From assembly GCA_963822445.1 (NCBI GenBank), contig CAWGHO010000001.1, forward strand, positions 896,001 through 960,000: a stretch of 64,000 bases of DNA, in the 5' to 3' direction. This DNA comes from an uncultured Acidobacteriota bacterium. Lineage in GTDB: Bacteria > Acidobacteriota > Thermoanaerobaculia > Gp7-AA8. The notes under the pieces are model-generated. The model searched no databases and was not told where the DNA came from. It saw only the letters and a list, made by a program, of their open reading frames with translations. How positions within the stretch are numbered: the stretch's first letter is position 1; each line of letters opens with the position of its first letter. Positions 9,981-19,752 of the stretch are shown here, piece by piece. The translations under genes and the position numbers were made by a program.

Positions 9981-9996
9981 CGGCACGCTCCATGCT
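9981..9996 (+). promoter_or_regulatory. Candidate sigma-54 promoter (-24 GG / -12 GC)
   Basis: CGGCACGCTCCATGCT has exact GG-N10-GC spacing and lies about 75 bp upstream of the 10070 gene. Confidence 0.45.
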
Positions 9997-10069
9997 GGCT
10001 GTGCTCAACGAAGCCGCCGAACGGCGCGTGGCCGTTCGGGGCACCCGGGTAAATAAAAGGAGGTTGTTC

Positions 10070-10432
10070 GTGTCCAGAAAATACGTCTTCTTCATGGTTG
10101 TGCTTCTCCTTACCTTCGCGGCCATCCCCGCGCTCGCCGGTCCGGTTCCCTCGAAGACCGCGGCGAATCAGAGCATCGACTCCCGTGATGCAGACCTGGC
10201 CGTCGTCCGCGCAGTTGCGGCCAACGAGCAGGTTTCGGCCGTGCTCACCGCGCACGGATTCACGAAGGAGCAGATCGATTCACGGCTCGCGCAGATGTCG
10301 CCGCAGGATCTGCATCAGCTGTCCCAGAACCTCGAGCAGCTCCAGCCTGCCGGTCTGACCCGTCAGGAATGGATCTGGATCGGTATCGGCGCGCTCGCCG
10401 CCCTGATCCTGGTCATCGCTCTGGCCGATTGA
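10070..10432 (+). CDS. PA2779-family-like small exported protein with hydrophobic C-terminal tail
   Basis: GTG start after AAAGGAGG; signal peptide; 'RLAQMSPQDLHQLSQNLEQLQPAG' then a hydrophobic tail; adjacent to a C39-TPR gene. Confidence 0.75.
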   Translation: MSRKYVFFMVVLLLTFAAIPALAGPVPSKTAANQSIDSRDADLAVVRAVAANEQVSAVLTAHGFTKEQIDSRLAQMSPQDLHQLSQNLEQLQPAGLTRQEWIWIGIGALAALILVIALAD

Positions 10433-10468
10433 TGCATACTCCCGGCGTGCCATAAACGGCTTCGGGAA

Positions 10469-10506
10469 AAAGGGCGAGCGCCGTGGAGCGCTCGCCCTTT
10501 CTTTTT
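10469..10506 (+). terminator. Intrinsic terminator
   Basis: AAAGGGCGAGCGC / GCGCTCGCCCTTT stem followed by CTTTTT. Confidence 0.8.
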
Positions 10507-10583
10507 GGTTGCTGAGTTACTGAGTTGCTCGGTTCCTGGGTGGGCGGGACCTAGCAACACAGCAACCTAGCAATCCAGGAACC
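10507..10583. repeat. Inverted tandem octamer array (GGTTGCTG / CAGCAACC family)
   Basis: About four units on each arm, forming a long imperfect hairpin ending just before the ATG at 10585. Confidence 0.8.
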
Positions 10584-10584
10584 T

Positions 10585-11646
10585 ATGAAATCAAGAAACG
10601 TCATCGCGCTCCTCTTCGCGGCCCTGACCACCACGTCCTGCGTCTACTGGACGCCCATCTCCCGCACCCCCGCCACGTCCGCAACGGTCATCCCCAACGT
10701 GCCGATGCAGAAGTGGGACATCAAGTCATGCGGTGCCGGCGCGCTCTCCAGCGTGCTGCAGCACTACGGCGATCCGACGACGATGGACGAATGGCAGGAG
10801 AAGCTGCCGAAGACGAAGGGCGGCGTGATGTCGATCGACCTCGTCCTCGCCGCGCGCGAGAAAGGCTTCGACGCGAACCTCGTCACCGGCGACCGCACCC
10901 TCGTCGAAGCGGAGCTCCGCGACGGCCGCCCGGTCATCCTCATGCTGCAGGTCATCCAGTACCCCGGCAAGAGCCTCGACTTCTTCCACTACGTCGTCCT
11001 CGACGGCTATGACCCGATGAAGAATCTCTTCCGGGTGCAGTTCGGCGATGGCAAAGCGCGCTGGGCCCATCTCGATCGACTCGAGCCGGCCTGGGTGAAG
11101 ACGAAACACGCCACGATCCTCATTCGCCGCACCGATCCGATCACGCCTGCGCTCCGCGCCGCGGTCCGACTCGAGGAAGAAGGCAAATTCGCGCTGGCCG
11201 CGCACGCCTACCGCGAGATCCTGGCAACCAACCCCACCTCCACCCTGGCCTGGACGAACCTCGGCAACACCGAAAACCGCCTCGGCCGCCGCGCCGCGGC
11301 AGAAGAAGCGTTCCGCAAAGCGATCGAGAGCGATCCCGAATCGGCCGACGCGCTGAACAACCTGGCCTGGCTGCTCTACGAAGACAAACGGATGGATGAA
11401 GCGGAGCCGATCGCGCGGAAGGCCGTGCTGATCAAGGCCCCCGACGCCTGGATGCGGATGGACACGCTCGCCCGAATTCTCGCCGCGCGTGGTGAGTGCG
11501 ATGAGGCCCGCAGCACGTTCCGCCAGGCGCTCGAGCAGGTGCCGGAAGGACGAGCCGCGGAGCGCGCGGACATCGAGGCAGCCGCGAGTAACATCGCCGC
11601 GTGTTCTCAAAACGCGCGCAGTGGTCCGCCACCGTCAACCGACTGA
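10585..11646 (+). CDS. Lipoprotein with C39-like cysteine peptidase and TPR domains (PA2778-family-like)
   Basis: Lipobox-like 'TTSC'; 'Q..IKSCGAGAL' catalytic Cys; 'HYVVLDGYD' His; TPRs ('AWTNLGN', 'ALNNLAW', 'DTLA'). Confidence 0.82.
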   Translation: MKSRNVIALLFAALTTTSCVYWTPISRTPATSATVIPNVPMQKWDIKSCGAGALSSVLQHYGDPTTMDEWQEKLPKTKGGVMSIDLVLAAREKGFDANLVTGDRTLVEAELRDGRPVILMLQVIQYPGKSLDFFHYVVLDGYDPMKNLFRVQFGDGKARWAHLDRLEPAWVKTKHATILIRRTDPITPALRAAVRLEEEGKFALAAHAYREILATNPTSTLAWTNLGNTENRLGRRAAAEEAFRKAIESDPESADALNNLAWLLYEDKRMDEAEPIARKAVLIKAPDAWMRMDTLARILAARGECDEARSTFRQALEQVPEGRAAERADIEAAASNIAACSQNARSGPPPSTD

Positions 11647-12677
11647 CGCTCGAACGGCGCAAGCGTTCCGACCTCCTCGATCTCACCGAATCCAACCCCA
11701 CGCGGGCTGGCCTTCCCTATCCGCACGACGAGCTCGCCGAAGCACTGGCTCGCGGGGTACGCGCGTCGTATGACCCCGATCCGCGCGGCCTTCGCTCGGC
11801 TCGCGAGGCACTCGGAAATCCGGACGACCTGATCCTCACCGCCTCGACCAGCGAGGCCTATTCATTTCTCTTCAAGCTGCTGACCGATCCCGGCGACACG
11901 ATCCTCACCCCGACACCTTCCTATCCCCTGCTCGAGCATCTGGCGTCACTCGAACACATTTGCCTGCGGCCCTTTCCGCTCGAGTTTCACCGCCGCTGGG
12001 AAATTCATGACGTCCCGAGCATCGAAGCGAAATCGATCGTCGTCGTGAATCCGAACAATCCCACGGGCTCGTTCGTCACCGCGGACGAGCAGGATCGCCT
12101 GGCGCGGCTCGGCCTCCCCATCATTTCGGACGAAGTCTTCCTCGACTTCCCCCTGGACGGCGCAGGGAAAACGTTCGTGCGCGACGACGTCCTCACTTTC
12201 ACCCTCGGCGGCCTCTCCAAATCGGCGGGCCTGCCGCATTTCAAGCTCGCCTGGATTCGCGTCAGCGGCCCCGGAAAAGAGGAAGCACTCGACGCACTGG
12301 AGCTGATCGCCGACAACTTCCTCTCCGTCGCCACGCCGGTGCAGGTCGCGCTTCCGGAGATCCTGCGCATCGCGCCGCGCATCCGCGACGCCATCCGCCA
12401 ACGCACGCGCGCCAACCTGAACGCGTTGCGCGCCACGTTCGCGACGGTGAGGTCCGCGCAGGTGTTGCCGGTGGAGGGCGGGTGGTCGGCGGTCATCCGC
12501 GTGCCGCGAGTGATGTCCGACGAAGACCTGGCCATCGCCCTGCTCGATCGAGGCGTGGTCGTGCAGCCGGGATACTTTTTCGATTTTCCAGAGGGATACC
12601 TCGTAGTCTCCCTCCTGCCGCCCGAAGACGTGTTCGAGGAAGGAGTCACGAGGATTGCGTCAGCACTGGACACTTGA
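11601..12677 (+). CDS. PLP-dependent aminotransferase class I/II
   Basis: 'NPNNPTG', 'SDEVF', 'GGLSKSAGLP..K'. Confidence 0.9.
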   Translation: MFSKRAQWSATVNRLTLERRKRSDLLDLTESNPTRAGLPYPHDELAEALARGVRASYDPDPRGLRSAREALGNPDDLILTASTSEAYSFLFKLLTDPGDTILTPTPSYPLLEHLASLEHICLRPFPLEFHRRWEIHDVPSIEAKSIVVVNPNNPTGSFVTADEQDRLARLGLPIISDEVFLDFPLDGAGKTFVRDDVLTFTLGGLSKSAGLPHFKLAWIRVSGPGKEEALDALELIADNFLSVATPVQVALPEILRIAPRIRDAIRQRTRANLNALRATFATVRSAQVLPVEGGWSAVIRVPRVMSDEDLAIALLDRGVVVQPGYFFDFPEGYLVVSLLPPEDVFEEGVTRIASALDT

Positions 12678-13815
12678 CCCCGACATCACCTTTCTCAATC
12701 ACGGCTCGTTCGGCGCGACGCCGCGGGTCGTGCTCGAAAAACAGAATGAGCTCCGCGCGCAGATGGAGCGCGAGCCGGTGCGCTTTTTCGTCCGCGAGCT
12801 CGAGCCGCTGCTCGACGACGCGCGCGGACAACTCGCCGGCTTCCTCGGCGCTGACCCGCAGGGTCTGGCTTTCGTCCCGAACGCCACTGCCGGCGTCAAC
12901 GCCGTGCTTCGCTCGCTCGATCTCGATAAACACGACGAATTGCTCGTCACGAACCATGAATACAACGCCTGCCGCAACGCCCTCGATTACGTGTCGACGG
13001 TCAACGGCTCGAAGGTCGTCGTCGCCGAGGTGCCGTTTCCCATTGCTTCGCCGGACATCGTCGTCGAGCGGATCATGGAGAAGGTCACCGACCGCACCCG
13101 CCTGCTGCTCATCGATCACATCACCAGCCAGACCGCGCTGATTCTGCCGGTCGAGCGGATCGTGAAAGAGCTGAGCGCGCGCGGCATCGACACGCTTGTC
13201 GACGGTGCTCACGCTCCCGGAATGATCCCCCTGGACCTTCGCACGATCGGCGCCGCGTACTACGCCGGCAACCTGCACAAATGGGTCTCCGCGCCGAAAG
13301 GGGCCGCGTTCCTGTACGTGCGCGAGAACCGCCGCATGAGTGTGCATCCGATCTCGATCAGTCACGGCGCGAACTCCACCCGCCGCGATCGCAGCCGCTT
13401 CCTCCTCGAATTCGACTGGACCGGTACCTTCGATCCGACCCCGTGGCTCTGCGTTCCCGAATCCTTGCGCGTGATGGCGTCGCTGGTGGAAGGAGGATGG
13501 CCGGAGATCATGCGCCGCAATCGCGAGCTCGCTCTTCGCGCCCGGGACATTCTCACGAGCGACAAACCCGCGCCCGACGAGATGCTCGGGGCGATGGCGG
13601 CCATTCCCATCGACGCTGACGATCAGCTACAGGATCGTCTGTTGTTCGAGCACAAGATCGAAGTGCCGATCATGCCCTGGCCGCAGCCGCTGCTGCGCGT
13701 TTCCGCGCAGCTTTACAACACCATCGAGGAGTACGAGCGGCTAAAAGCTGCTTTAGGAGTGCCAGATTCGGCGCGCACGATACCTGCACATTCCGCAGTG
13801 GAAGGAGACACCTAG
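12655..13815 (+). CDS. Class V PLP enzyme (isopenicillin N epimerase / EgtE-like)
   Basis: 'FLNHGSFGA', 'NATAG', 'DHITS', 'DGAHAPG', 'GNLHKW'. Confidence 0.88.
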   Translation: MRQHWTLDPDITFLNHGSFGATPRVVLEKQNELRAQMEREPVRFFVRELEPLLDDARGQLAGFLGADPQGLAFVPNATAGVNAVLRSLDLDKHDELLVTNHEYNACRNALDYVSTVNGSKVVVAEVPFPIASPDIVVERIMEKVTDRTRLLLIDHITSQTALILPVERIVKELSARGIDTLVDGAHAPGMIPLDLRTIGAAYYAGNLHKWVSAPKGAAFLYVRENRRMSVHPISISHGANSTRRDRSRFLLEFDWTGTFDPTPWLCVPESLRVMASLVEGGWPEIMRRNRELALRARDILTSDKPAPDEMLGAMAAIPIDADDQLQDRLLFEHKIEVPIMPWPQPLLRVSAQLYNTIEEYERLKAALGVPDSARTIPAHSAVEGDT

Positions 13816-13817
13816 CC

Positions 13818-14417
13818 ATGACCTCACGAATCACCGCCGCGGCCGCCGCGCTGCTGCTGGTCTTGTTCATCGCCTGCAAGTCCGAGACGACCGATGGGCT
13901 GCCGAACACAGAAACGACCGGCACTTCGCAGTCCCCCTCGACCGCGACCAGCGATCCCACCACGACCGGCGCAACGGGCGGCACGTCGAGCACCGTCACA
14001 CCGGTCGACAAGGAGTGGGTAACCACCGCCGGCATGGCTGGACTGGCCGAAGTGCAGATGGGCAATCTCGCGCTGCAGAACGCGCAGAACGCTGATGTGA
14101 AGGCCTTCGCGCAGCGCATGATCACCGATCACACGAAGTCGAACGAAGAGCTCCAACAGCTCGTCAGCGCGAAGGGGCTCACCCTGCCCGCGCAACTCGA
14201 CGGCGAGCACAAAGCTGCCGTCGATCACCTCACCGGTCTGACCGGCGCGGAGTTCGACAAGGCCTACATGCAGCACATGGTCGCCGACCACAACACGGCC
14301 GTCGCGCACTTCTCGAAGAACGTGGAAGACGCCGACATCAAGGGTTACGCGACGAAGTCCCTACCGGTGTTGCAGGAGCACGCGGCTCTCGCTAAGACGG
14401 TCGCGGGAAAAGTTTAG
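13818..14417 (+). CDS. DUF4142 ferritin-like lipoprotein
   Basis: Lipobox 'FIAC'; Thr-rich linker; 'AEVQMG.LA', 'MITDH', 'FDKAYMQHMVADH', 'LPVLQEH'. Confidence 0.88.
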   Translation: MTSRITAAAAALLLVLFIACKSETTDGLPNTETTGTSQSPSTATSDPTTTGATGGTSSTVTPVDKEWVTTAGMAGLAEVQMGNLALQNAQNADVKAFAQRMITDHTKSNEELQQLVSAKGLTLPAQLDGEHKAAVDHLTGLTGAEFDKAYMQHMVADHNTAVAHFSKNVEDADIKGYATKSLPVLQEHAALAKTVAGKV

Positions 14418-14444
14418 GAGTGCGGTGGCGCAAGCCACCGCTTT
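14417..14444. terminator. Hairpin between convergent genes (terminator or REP-like)
   Basis: GGAGTGCGGTGGC-GCAA-GCCACCGCTTT with a GNRA loop. Confidence 0.6.
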
Positions 14445-14445
14445 C

Positions 14446-15207
14446 CTATTCCGCGGTAGCCGGCGTCCGCGTCGAAAGCTTCGCCTTCAGATAGTCCCCA
14501 TTCATCCGTGAGATGAAGTTCACCGAGATCTCCTTCGGGCACACCGCTTCGCATTCGCGGAACAGCGTGCAGCTGCCGAAGTGCTCCTCCATGACTTCCA
14601 CCATCTTCAGCACGCGCTCGTGGCGTTCGGGCTGGCCCTGGGGGAGCAGTCCGAGGTGGGAGACTTTTGCGGCGGTGAAAAGCTGCGCGGCGCCGTTCGG
14701 ACATTGCGCGACGCACGCGCCGCACTGAATGCACTCCGCGGCGTCCATTGACTGTTCCTGAATCGCCTTCGGAATCGGAAGCGTGTTCGCTTCGACGGCG
14801 CTGCCCGTGTTCACGGAGATGAAGCCGCCGGCCTGGATGATCTTGTCGAGCGGGCTCCGGTCGACGATGAGGTCTTTGATCACCGGGAACGAGCGCGCGC
14901 GCCACGGCTCGATCGTCACTTCCTGTCCATCCGTGAAGTGCCGCATGTGCAACTGGCAGGTCGCGGTGCCGCCGAGCGGGCCGTGCGCGTTGCCGTTGAT
15001 CATCATTCCGCACGAGCCGCAGATCCCCTCGCGGCAATCGTGCTCGAAGTGAATCGGGTCCTCACCTTTCTCGATGAGGCCTTCGTTCACGACGTCGAGC
15101 ATCTCCAGGAAGGAGGCGTCCGGGCTGATGCCCGTGGCCTTGTACTCGACGAACCTGCCTTCGGTGTCGCGCGACTTCTGCCGCCAGACGTGGAGTGTGA
15201 GATCCAT
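14446..15207 (-). CDS. sdhB: Succinate dehydrogenase/fumarate reductase iron-sulfur subunit
   Basis: '[10 protein letters not shown]', '[11 protein letters not shown]', '[13 protein letters not shown]'. Confidence 0.95.
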   Translation of the reverse strand: MDLTLHVWRQKSRDTEGRFVEYKATGISPDASFLEMLDVVNEGLIEKGEDPIHFEHDCREGICGSCGMMINGNAHGPLGGTATCQLHMRHFTDGQEVTIEPWRARSFPVIKDLIVDRSPLDKIIQAGGFISVNTGSAVEANTLPIPKAIQEQSMDAAECIQCGACVAQCPNGAAQLFTAAKVSHLGLLPQGQPERHERVLKMVEVMEEHFGSCTLFRECEAVCPKEISVNFISRMNGDYLKAKLSTRTPATAE

Positions 15208-15221
15208 TTATCGTTTCCCCC

Positions 15222-15327
15222 AGTTCATCCCGCGCGCAGACGCGGGATCACTGGAGCACCCGCGGCGCACGGGCCACAGGCAACGCGAGTGGCTCCGCTG
15301 ATCCCGCGTCTGCGCGCGGGATAAACT
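15222..15327. repeat. REP doublet, inverted pair of the 28 bp unit seen at 2825-3015
   Basis: AGTTCATCCCGCGCGCAGACGCGGGATC at 15222-15249 and its near-exact reverse complement at 15300-15327. Confidence 0.85.
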
Positions 15328-15335
15328 CAAAGACA

Positions 15336-17250
15336 TCACTTGTAGCTCCTCGTCGCCAACTTCACTTCTTCGTAATCCAGCGGCTCTTTGTGGAGACGGG
15401 CTCGTTGCCTTCGCCCTTGTGCTCCCAGGCCGCGACGTAGGTGAACTTGTCGTCGTTCCGCTTCGCCTCGCCCTCTTCGGTCTGGTACTCGCTGCGGAAG
15501 TGACCGCCGGCCGATTCCTCGCGATGGAGCGCGTCGATGCACATCAGCTCGGCGAGCTCGAAGAAGTCGGCGACGCGGCCCGCCTTCTCCAGCGACTGAT
15601 TGGGCTCTTCGCCAGTGCCCAGGACTTTCACGTCGCGCCAGTACTTCTCGCCAAGCTCGCGGATCTGGCTCAGCGCTTCCTTCAGCCCCTCCGCGTTGCG
15701 GGCCATGCCGCACTTGTCCCACATGATTCCGCCGAGCTCGCGGTGATACGAGTCGACGCTGCGCGTGCCGTTTGCCGACAGCAGACGCGAGATGCGGCCC
15801 TGCGTCGACGCGAGCCGCTTCTGCGAACTCCGGCCGGTCGCTGCCGACTTTCTTCCCGAACTGCGTCGGCCAGGTAATCGCCGATGGTGATTGGCAGAAC
15901 GAAGTAGCCGTCCGCGAGGCCCTGCATCAGCGCGCTCGCGCCGAGGCGGTTCGCGCCGTGATCGGAGAAATTCGCCTCGCCGATCACGTACAGGCCGGGC
16001 ACGTTCGACATCAGGTTGTAATCGACCCACAGCCCGCCCATCGAATAGTGCGGCGCCGGATAGATCCGCATCGGAACCTCATAAGGATCCTCGGCGGTAA
16101 TGTCGTGGTACATCTCGAACAGATTGCCGTAGCGCTCTTCGATGACCTTGCGGCCGAGGCGCTTGATGGCATCTGCGAAATCGAGGTAGACGCCGCGGCC
16201 GCTCTTGCCGATGCCCCGTCCGTCGTCGCAGGCTTCCTTCGCGGCGCGGGAGGCGATGTCGCGCGGCGCGAGGTTGCCGTAGCTCGGATACTTCCTCTCC
16301 AGGTAGTAGTCGCGCTCCGACTCGGGGATCTCGCGCGGTCCGCGCTTGTCGCCCTGATTCTTCGGCACCCAGATCCGGCCGTCGTTGCGGAGCGACTCGG
16401 ACATCAGCGTCAACTTCGACTGATATTCGCCGCTCTGGGGGATGCACGTCGGATGGATCTGCGTGTAGCAGGCGTTCGCGAACGCGGCGCCGCGCTTGTG
16501 CGCGCGCCAGATGGCGGTCGCGTTCGAGGCCTTCGCATTCGTCGACAGGTAGAAAACGTTGACATAGCCGCCGGTTCCGAGGACGACCGCGTCGGCGGCG
16601 TGGACTTCGATCTTTCCGTTGATCATGTTCCGCGTGACGATGCCCTTGGCGTGACCGTCGACCACGACCAGGTCGAGCATCTCGTAGCGGTTGTACTGCT
16701 TGACCGTGCCCAGCGCGATCTGCCGCTCCAGCGCCTGGAATGCGCCGAGGAGCAACTGCTGGCCTGTCTGGCCGCGGGCGTAGAAGGTCCGCGAGACCTG
16801 CACGCCGCCGAACGAACGATTCTCGAGCGCGCCGCCGTATTCACGAGCGAAAGGCACGCCCTGCGCGACGGCCTGATCGATGATGTTCACCGACAGCTCG
16901 GCCAGGCGATAGACGTTGCCTTCGCGGGCGCGGTAATCGCCGCCTTTGATCGTGTCGTAGAAGAGGCGGAAAACGCTGTCGCCGTCGTTGCGGTAGTTCT
17001 TGGCGGCGTTGATGCCACCCTGCGCGGCGATCGAGTGGGCGCGCCGCGGTGAGTCGTGGTAGACGAAGCACTTCACGTTGTATCCGAGCTCGCCGAGCGT
17101 CGCCGCGGCGGACGCTCCGGCCAGCCCCGCGCCGACGACGATGATGTCGTACTTGCGCTTGTTGGCCGGGTTCACCAGCTTGTAGTGCGACTTGGCGTGA
17201 GACCACTTCTCTGCGAGCGGTCCGGGAGGAATCTTCGAGTCGAGCTGCAT
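15336..17250 (-). CDS. sdhA: Succinate dehydrogenase flavoprotein subunit, split over three frames (probably sequence error)
   Basis: 'GAGLAG', '[11 protein letters not shown]', 'QIHPT', '[11 protein letters not shown]'; continues in ORFs 15362..16030 and 15336..15722 to '...LATRSYK'. Confidence 0.93.
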
Positions 17251-17257
17251 TGCGCGT

Positions 17258-17935
17258 TTACCTCACGAATCCGGTGAGCACGGCCAGCGGGAAGGAGATG
17301 TTCGCGGCGGTGATCAGAACGGCGAACACGGTCGCGAACGTACGGCGCCAGTTGTCGAACCGCGCGTGCGTCACGCCGACCGAACTGAACATGCTCCACA
17401 CGCCGTGGTAGAGGTGAAGGCCGAGAGCGAGGTTGGCGATGATGTAGATCGCCGCCACCCACCAGATCTGAAATCCGGAAACGACGTTGTGGTAGACGTC
17501 GTCCTTGATGAAGTCGCGGTGTGCATCGCCCGTCGTCAGATGGAGCAGGTGATAAATGATGAAGAGCAGGATGATCACCCCGCCCCAGCGCATGGTGCGC
17601 GCGGCGTAGGTGCCTTTGATGTACTGCCGCTCGCGATAACCGACCGGCCGGGCCTCGCGGTTCATCACCGTCAGCGCCCAGGCCGAGTGGATGTGGAAGA
17701 CCACACACACGAGCAGGATGATCCGCGTCACCCAGAGCGCCATCGTCTCGGGCATGGCCGGCGTGCCGAGCGCCCGCAGCCAGTGGGCGTATTCGTTCAG
17801 ATGCACGGGACCCATGTACAGCTTCAGGTTCCCGACCATGTGCAGGAAGATCCATCCGAAGAGGATCAGACCGGTCACCGCCATGACCGCCTTCTTGCCG
17901 ATGGCGGAGCGGTAGAAGTTCCCGAACCACGTCAT
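17258..17935 (-). CDS. sdhC: Succinate dehydrogenase cytochrome b subunit
   Basis: '[12 protein letters not shown]', 'HMVGNL', five TMs with heme-ligand His; first gene of sdhCAB. Confidence 0.93.
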   Translation of the reverse strand: MTWFGNFYRSAIGKKAVMAVTGLILFGWIFLHMVGNLKLYMGPVHLNEYAHWLRALGTPAMPETMALWVTRIILLVCVVFHIHSAWALTVMNREARPVGYRERQYIKGTYAARTMRWGGVIILLFIIYHLLHLTTGDAHRDFIKDDVYHNVVSGFQIWWVAAIYIIANLALGLHLYHGVWSMFSSVGVTHARFDNWRRTFATVFAVLITAANISFPLAVLTGFVR

Positions 17936-17982
17936 GAGAAGCTCACCCTTTCCAAAGCCGCGACATCATAACGGCCCGAGGC

Positions 17983-18072
17983 CGAATGCAGAATGCAGAA
18001 TGCAAAATGCAGAAAAGGTCGTCGCACGTGACCGTCGTCTTTCTGCATTCTGCATTCTGCATTCTGCATTCG
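17983..18072. repeat. Inverted tandem heptamer array (GAATGCA)4 ... (TGCATTC)4
   Basis: Directly visible near-perfect arms between the divergent sdhC and ABC genes. Confidence 0.9.
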
Positions 18073-18083
18073 CCGTCAGGCCG

Positions 18084-18113
18084 CTCCTGACATTCGTCAC
18101 CCGGCACTCCTGA
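18084..18113 (+). promoter_or_regulatory. Candidate operator for the DesR-like regulator
   Basis: TGAC-N4-GTCA palindrome at 18088-18099 and a CTCCTGA direct repeat (18084, 18107) upstream of the ABC/two-component operon. Confidence 0.45.
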
Positions 18114-18159
18114 TGTTCTGCAATGTCGTGAATCGTCCGGCGAGCGCATCGTGTGACAC

Positions 18160-18867
18160 ATGACAGTCACACCCGCAGTTCTCCAAGGAATCACCAAGAA
18201 ATACGGCGATGTCGAGGCCCTTCGCGGCATCGATCTCCAGATCCGCCCCGGTGAGCTCCTCGCCGTGCTCGGCGCAAACGGCGCCGGAAAAACAACCGCC
18301 GTGCGCATCCTCCTCGGCCTCACCGTCCCGACTTCCGGCACGGCTCGCGTCTTCGGCGGCAATCCCCGCGATCGCATCACTCGCGCACGCCTCGGCGCGG
18401 TTCTGCAGATCGCGCGCGTCCCCGAGACCCTCCGCGTGCGCGAGCACATCGACATGTTTTCCAGTTATTACCCGAACCCGATGCCGATGGCCGAGGTGAT
18501 CGAGGCCGCGGGGCTGAACGGGCTGGAGCGGCGCAAGTTCGGCGAGCTCTCCGGCGGCCAGCAGAAGCGCGTCCTCTTCGCCCTCGGCATCTGCGGCAAT
18601 CCCGATCTCCTCGTACTCGACGAGCCAACTGTCGGCCTCGACGTCGAGGCGCGCCGCGCGCTCTGGAAACAGATCCGCGCCTTCGTCGATCGCGGGCGAT
18701 CCGTCCTGCTGACCACGCACTACCTCGCCGAAGCGGAGGCTCTGGCGGATCGGGTGGTGGTGATCGACAAGGGAGTGGTGGTGCGCGAAGGAACGCCGCA
18801 CGACATCAAAGGCGACGCGGCGACACTCGAAGATGCGTTTCTGGAGATGGTGGCTATGGGTTGCTAG
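18160..18867 (+). CDS. ABC-2 exporter ATP-binding protein (YvfR-like)
   Basis: Walker A GANGAGKT, LSGGQ, LDEPT, H-loop. Confidence 0.93.
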   Translation: MTVTPAVLQGITKKYGDVEALRGIDLQIRPGELLAVLGANGAGKTTAVRILLGLTVPTSGTARVFGGNPRDRITRARLGAVLQIARVPETLRVREHIDMFSSYYPNPMPMAEVIEAAGLNGLERRKFGELSGGQQKRVLFALGICGNPDLLVLDEPTVGLDVEARRALWKQIRAFVDRGRSVLLTTHYLAEAEALADRVVVIDKGVVVREGTPHDIKGDAATLEDAFLEMVAMGC

Positions 18868-18966
18868 GTTCCTGAGTTGCTGGGTTGCTGAGTGCTCCGC
18901 TAACCATCGAGATCGCGGCTCTCGGCGCAGCACCCAGCAACTCAGCAACCTAGCAACCCAGCAACC
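18859..18966. repeat. Inverted tandem octamer array (GGTTGCTG / CAGCAACC family)
   Basis: About 4.5 units per arm; supplies the stop codon of the upstream ATPase. Confidence 0.85.
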
Positions 18967-18981
18967 AAGGAGCGAAGCGCC

Positions 18982-19740
18982 ATGCTTAAGATCCACTTAC
19001 TCGAAATCAAATACGAATTCCTCAAGGCCTGGCGCATGCCCCAGTACTCGCTGCCCACGCTGCTCTTCCCTGTCTTCTTCTACATGTTCTTCGGCGTGGC
19101 GTTCGGGGGGCGGGCGGTCACCGGCTCGGTGAAGATGAGCGAGTACCTCATCGCGACGTACGGCACGTTCGGCGTGATCGGTGCGGCGCTGTTCGGGTTC
19201 GGCGTTTCCGTGGCGGTCGAGCGCGGGCAGGGATGGCTGGAGGCGAAGCGCACGACGCCGATGCCCATCAGCGCGTACTTCGTCGCGAAGATGGCACTGG
19301 CGGCGATTTTCAGCACGATCATCGTGCTCATGCTCTTCGCCATCGGCAGAATCATGGGCGGCGTGCAGATGCCCGTCGGAACCATGCTGGCGATGCTCGG
19401 CGTGCTCGTCGCCGGCTCGGTCACGTTCTGCGCGCTCGGTCTCGCGCTCGGGTTTCTCTGCGGACCGAACTCCGCGGCGCCGGTCGTCAACCTCATTTAT
19501 CTGCCGATGGGATTTCTGTCCGGCCTCTGGATCCCGATCGCCTTCCTCCCGCAAGCGATTCAGGAAGCGGCACTCTGGCTTCCGCCGTACCACTTCGCGC
19601 AACTCGCGCTGAAGGTCATCGGCGCGTCGCGCGGCGAATCGACGCTGCTGCATCTCGGCGCGATGACCGTGGCCACGGTGCTCTTCGCGACGATCGCTTA
19701 CGTTGGCTATCGGCGGGACGAAGGGAAGACGTACGGCTAA
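18982..19740 (+). CDS. ABC-2 exporter permease (YvfS-like)
   Basis: Six TMs; 'ERGQGW', 'FLSGLWIP', 'LPPYH'. Confidence 0.9.
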   Translation: MLKIHLLEIKYEFLKAWRMPQYSLPTLLFPVFFYMFFGVAFGGRAVTGSVKMSEYLIATYGTFGVIGAALFGFGVSVAVERGQGWLEAKRTTPMPISAYFVAKMALAAIFSTIIVLMLFAIGRIMGGVQMPVGTMLAMLGVLVAGSVTFCALGLALGFLCGPNSAAPVVNLIYLPMGFLSGLWIPIAFLPQAIQEAALWLPPYHFAQLALKVIGASRGESTLLHLGAMTVATVLFATIAYVGYRRDEGKTYG

Positions 19741-19752
19741 ACTGAGACATCC

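Noticed and set aside
13750-13766. Sigma-54-like motif on the minus strand (TGGCACTCCTAAAGC)
   Set aside because: It points antisense inside a coding region with no downstream gene; likely chance.
12655-13815. Beta-lactam biosynthesis (isopenicillin N epimerase)
   Set aside because: No ACV synthetase or IPNS is present; this family is widespread as C-S lyases.
15336-17250. sdhA as a pseudogene or programmed frameshift
   Set aside because: All motifs are conserved and the partners are intact; the indels resemble those clustered elsewhere in the window, so sequencing error is more likely.
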